Origin: an uncultured Planctomycetota bacterium
Lineage (GTDB): Bacteria; Planctomycetota; Planctomycetia; Isosphaerales; Isosphaeraceae
NCBI GenBank assembly: GCA_963737655.1
Contig: CAVTTN010000002.1
Span: forward strand, 2,240,001-2,304,000
Direction of reading: 5' to 3'
Length of the DNA stretch: 64,000 bases
The notes under the pieces: model-generated
Databases searched by the model: none
What the model saw: only the letters and a program-made list of their open reading frames with translations
Told to the model about the DNA's origin: nothing
Made by a program: the position numbers and the translations under genes
In this document: positions 60,901 through 64,000 of the stretch, piece by piece
Position numbering within the stretch: the stretch's first letter is position 1
How the letters are laid out: the number at the start of each line of letters is the position of its first letter

Positions 60901-61675
60901 CGACGCGGCCGGGGCCGACCCGGGCGAGGCCGCCGCACCCGCCGGAGGAGAAGACGCCCAGGGCGGCGACATGCCCAACGGCGAAGGCGAGCCGAAGGGC
61001 GAGGGCGAGGGCGAGGGGGAAGGCCAGCCCAAGGGCGAGGGCGACGGCCAGCCCAAGGGCGGCGAGGGGGCGCCGAAGGACGCCATGCCCGACGGGGCCG
61101 GCGAGAAGGGGAAGTCCGGCAAGTCCAAGTCCAGGGCTGGCGGCGAGCCCGACGGCCGGGACGCCCTCCGCGAACGGGGCGAGCGCACCCTCGGCGAATT
61201 GAACGAAGCCGAGGGCGGGCTGGCGGCCGACGAGGCGGCCCTGGGCCGGCTGCTCGAACAACTGAAGCAGGCGGCGGCCGACCCCGGCGGCGAGCCTCAC
61301 GACGGCCAGCCTCACGACGGCCAGGCCGATCCCTCGGCCGCGACGAACTCGGCCGAGGTCCAGCAAGCCCTGGCGATGGCCGCGAGGATGAAGGCCATGA
61401 AGAGCGGCCGGAACCGCTCGGAACCGGGCCGCGATCAGGCCCACGCCCCGCATCCTCCCGGCGCCTCCTCGACGCCTAATCTCCAGGGATCGCCCCCCGG
61501 AATCGCCTCCGAGAGCGTCCTGAACAAGCTCGACCTCAACACCCGGACCGTCCTCCTCAAGATGCCCCCGAGGGTCCGCGAAGAGATCCTCCAGGGGATG
61601 CGCGAACAGGCCCCCGAGGGCTACTCGAAGTTCATCCAGGACTACTTCCAGAGGTTGACCGAAGTCAAAAAGTAG
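57941..61675 (+). CDS. Large membrane-anchored protein (TM helices, Ig-like domains, coiled coil, acidic Gly-rich tail); DUF4175-like
   Basis: GGAGG RBS; three N-terminal TMs with ARRIEARLPGIHNRLVSCIDL; PDNPPQVV, AFDDFGL, YRVEARD; ends PEGYSKFIQDYFQRL. Confidence 0.85.
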   Translation: MLTDAKPESPPDASPIFRAVRRTRAVLRSSWVATGLGLVVGLGLGTLCAVTLTDLMAPLWPSLRLVGLLAIAVPTAVLLVWKVLIPLVRRLGAIAVARRIEARLPGIHNRLVSCIDLSRPERRRERSSAFYARLVREARERVSAFRPLSIVDWPRLRRSLLFAAASVAAFSAAFGLFSDRLPTAMARIFRPFADIPPATGVEFSVKPGDARVLRGDEIPFEVVVTKGEPDDLRLELRRDDGQGGTLWYDLRRAGPRAWSLRLAGFEGSFSYRVHGGGTWSRLYHVNILERPAIVELHTVLHYAPYLGMGEPKVGPPQVADVTGPEGSAVEVVVEASGDVSEGAIQWLDPTTTRVAVADRAERLWQGLEFIPDNVSAEGTWRWDFKLRARPSHFDPAQGGLHGHHLSNLPAGFRVLPGESLFAYVFIPPDKKPDTLMLQFHDGQSWDHRAFWGEDKIPFGTPGSAGRRRLGPLPESGGWVRLEVPAKLVDMEGKDLRGIGFDAVGGEPIWHRAGTVPAAHVEKAGFVVARSFPMEPTSDGRWSGRFPLEKSGAYRVELKNEIGAANRPMKEAKVVAIPDNPPQVVLEKPGADLVLSEPIKVPLVVSAFDDFGLAGVFVAVQKGDSGGFVGRPIKTYDAPVRNDIAVASLDLPSMGLKPGDFLRYRVEARDRKGQSAQTKEYVIRIANDGNSADRQLANFEKTREAVEQKLAKLIDDQAKVREQVKALATKAAPLKEKIAESARAADPKPSPDAPPPADKPPANLDAETAKGLAEVRQEMARIAGQEEQNANLAGQVANDLKAAAENAEGQAMLPPQVAEALRDVQTTFQKAAAEPLKGLTDAMKAGADANHAAPDVPAMEAAAGQVQDALEATRARLDALARAEDAMKDDAGKAVAELQREKARLEAVLSAKELADLKEFLEKMREQMKALEGDQQQLLEATRTAPDILLPDVKAKQGDLEKKAGAEIEKAREVREKGLASKKAEDHADAAGADPGEAAAPAGGEDAQGGDMPNGEGEPKGEGEGEGEGQPKGEGDGQPKGGEGAPKDAMPDGAGEKGKSGKSKSRAGGEPDGRDALRERGERTLGELNEAEGGLAADEAALGRLLEQLKQAAADPGGEPHDGQPHDGQADPSAATNSAEVQQALAMAARMKAMKSGRNRSEPGRDQAHAPHPPGASSTPNLQGSPPGIASESVLNKLDLNTRTVLLKMPPRVREEILQGMREQAPEGYSKFIQDYFQRLTEVKK

Positions 61676-61819
61676 GGTGCATGCAATGCACCAACACGCG
61701 GCGGGCGACGCCCGCCATCCGCGTTCTGCTTCACGTTCTCTTTGCAAGACCTGATTTGAACCCGGGATGAGGATGGCGGGCGTGGCCCGCCGCGTGTTGG
61801 TGCATTGCATGCACCCTAC
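61672..61819. repeat. REPIN: 49-bp inverted arms with 1 mismatch around a 50-nt spacer
   Basis: Arm 61672-61720 GTAGGGTGCATGCAATGCACCAACACGCGGCGGGCGACGCCCGCCATCC; its reverse complement lies at 61771-61819. Confidence 0.9.
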
Positions 61820-61830
61820 AGAGAGTTTTT

Positions 61831-64000
61831 ATGATCTCGTGGCTCCTCCAAGCAATCGGCCTCGGGGACGACTTCCTCGGGCACCTCGACCGGGTCCGCC
61901 TGGCGGCCCAGAGGCCGATGGTCCTCTGGGTCGGATTGGCCCTGTTATTGCCCCTGGCCGTGTTCATCCATCGGAGGCAGATGAGGAGCCTCGTCGGGGC
62001 GCCGAAGGCCCTGCGGGTCGCCCTCAGCCTGATCCGCGTGGCCATCCTCGCCTTGATGGTCGGCTGCCTTTCCGGTCCGTATCTGCGGCTGGATCTGACG
62101 GTGGAGAAGAAGCCGATCGTGGCGGTGCTCGTCGATCGGTCGAGGAGCATGACCTTGCCGGTCGGGCCGTTCGCGACCGACGCGGAGGCCTCGCGGTTCG
62201 CCTCGGCGTCGGGCCTCTCGCTGTCGCCGGGCCCGGGGGCGGCCGAGTCGAAGAAGGCCGTCGAGGCGATGACTCGCGGGGGCTCGCCCGCTCCTTGCTC
62301 CGCAAGGAGGCCAAGACCCTCCTCGAACCGCTGGCGAAGACGCACGACCTCCGGTTCGTCGCCTTCGACCGCGACGTCTCGACGATCGGCGCCGACCCCG
62401 CGAAACCCGAAGTCCCCGAGGCCGACGGGCCCGCCTCGTCCTCGACCCGGATCGGCGACGCGATCGCCCGGGTGATCGACGATGCGGGCGACCGGCCGAT
62501 CGCCGGCATCCTCCTGCTGAGCGACGGCCGGAACACGGCCGGGGCCTCGCCCGCCGAGGCCGCCCGCCTCGCCTCGAACGACTCCGCCCCGGTCTTCCCC
62601 GTGACCCTCGGCGGGTCGGTGCGGATGAAAGACGTGGCGATCGTGGATGTGTTCGCCCCGAACATCGTCTCGGTGGGCGACACGGTGAAGGTCGCCGTGA
62701 CGATCGAGTCCAGCGGCTTCGACGGCCGGGCCACGAAGGTGGATCTGAAGACCGATTCGGTCATCGACTCGAAGGAGATCGTCCTCCGGGGGGCCGAGCA
62801 GCAGGTCGTCGAGCTGACGTTCGCCGCGACGAAGCCCGGCTCGTTCGCCCTGACCGTCGAGGTCCCCCCGCAGCCCGAGGAGGCCGAGGTCCTGCGCTCC
62901 AACAACTCGGACGTGGCGTTCGTGAAGGTCACCGACGAAAAAATCAAGGTGCTCCTGATCGACGGCTCGCCCCGCTGGGATTTCCGGTTCCTGAAGAACG
63001 CGATGAGGCGAGACCACGGCCTCGGCGGCGCGAAGGGGTCGGCCGAGCCGGACGTCCGCGTCCTCTCCGAGATGGCCGGGGGCGCGACCGTGCCGTCGTC
63101 GCCCGAGGACCTGGCCGGCTATGACGTGGTGGTCCTGGGGGACGCGGCCCCGGGCGAGCTCGGGCCGAAGTTCCTGGAATCGCTGGGCAAGGCGGTGCGA
63201 GAGAAGGGGCTGGGGCTGATCGTCGAGGCCGGCCCCCGGCACATGCCCCACGAGTTCGACGCGGCGTTCCGCGACCTCCTGCCGGTGAAGGTCGGCACGC
63301 GATCGTCCGGGGTCGAGGCGCCGGTCTATTCGCCGTTCCGGCTGGAAGTCTCGGCCGAGGGGGGCGTCCACGAGGCCATGAGGCTGTTCGACGACCCCGG
63401 CCGGAGCGCCGAGGTCTGGGCCGGGATGCCGGCGTTCTTCTGGTGCGCCTCGGCCGATCGGCCGGCGCCGGGGGCCACGGTCCTGGCGTGGAACCCGGCG
63501 ATCCGCTCGCGGTTCGGCAAGCTGCCGCTGATCGCCCACCATGTCGCGGGCAAGGGGCGCGTCGTGTTCGTAGGGACCGATTCGACCTGGCTCTGGCGGC
63601 AGAACGTCGGCGACCGCTTCTTCTACAAGTTCTGGGGCCAGGCGGTCCGGTTCGCGGCGAAGTCTCCCGACGACGCGAAGAAGACGAGGATCGAGGCGAG
63701 GCCGGTCCGGGCCCAGCCGGGCGAGCCGGTGCGGATCGAGGTCATGGCGTTCGCCGAGGACGGCTCGCCCCGGGCCGAATCGAGGCTCCCGGCGAGCGTC
63801 CTGAGCGCCGGAGGGGCGCCCGTGGCCGTCGAGCTCGTGGCCGACCCGGCGATCCGGGGCCGATTCACCGCCACGGTCGCCCCCGAATCGCCCGGCGACT
63901 ATCGCGCGAGCTTCGACCCCGGCTCCGGTTCCGAGCCCATCGAGGCGAGGTTCCGCGTCCTGGAATCGGTCGAGGAACTCCGCCACCCCGACCCCGACGC
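61831..64000 (+). CDS. VWA + GATase-like membrane protein; frameshift near 62280; runs off the right edge
   Basis: TM helices, VLVDRSRSM; after one added G: LARSLLRKE, LLLSDGRNT, KVLLIDGSPRWDFRFLKNAMRRD, GTDSTWLWR, YKFWGQ. Confidence 0.88.

Noticed and set aside
57822..61819. CRISPR array or IS ends around the large gene
   Set aside because: No direct repeat-spacer periodicity, no cas gene and no transposase; each element is a self-contained inverted pair.
57926..63986. 1294-aa and 751-aa minus-strand ORFs
   Set aside because: Antisense shadows of real plus-strand genes in the MoxR operon.

Overview
GC-rich chromosomal window from a planctomycete, most likely Isosphaeraceae. The 16S carries the Pla46F site GGATTAGGCATGCAAGTC, the 5S is only ~110 nt, and DUF1559 and MoxR/VWA genes are present. 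In order, the window holds: (1) the 5' part of an MbtH + FAAL-ACP-KS-AT-KR lipo-polyketide cluster running off the left edge; (2) an ABC-2-type permease; (3) a sugar ABC ATPase with a substrate-binding lipoprotein that appears naturally circularly permuted; (4) a linked 16S-23S-5S operon with no spacer tRNA and a 23S missing ~60 nt in domain I; (5) transport and housekeeping genes (TlpA-like, MFS, MscS/NhaP/DUF2254, YraN, EF-hand, Gfo/Idh/MocA, a second partial sugar ABC locus, two GT4s, aroA, yggU, yggS, surE); (6) tRNA-Ala(GGC) followed by a Phd-like gene; (7) DUF1080, DUF1559 and GH123-like exported proteins; (8) an ATP-grasp/alpha-E/transglutaminase operon with a Gln-rich tail; (9) a BASS/PepSY-like/two-component module; and (10) a MoxR-DUF58-BatA/VWA operon punctuated by GTAG-type REPINs. 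About 12 single-base frameshifts look like long-read assembly errors rather than pseudogenes. No CRISPR array, transposase, integrase or prophage was seen. All family calls come from motif recognition by eye; no searches were run.
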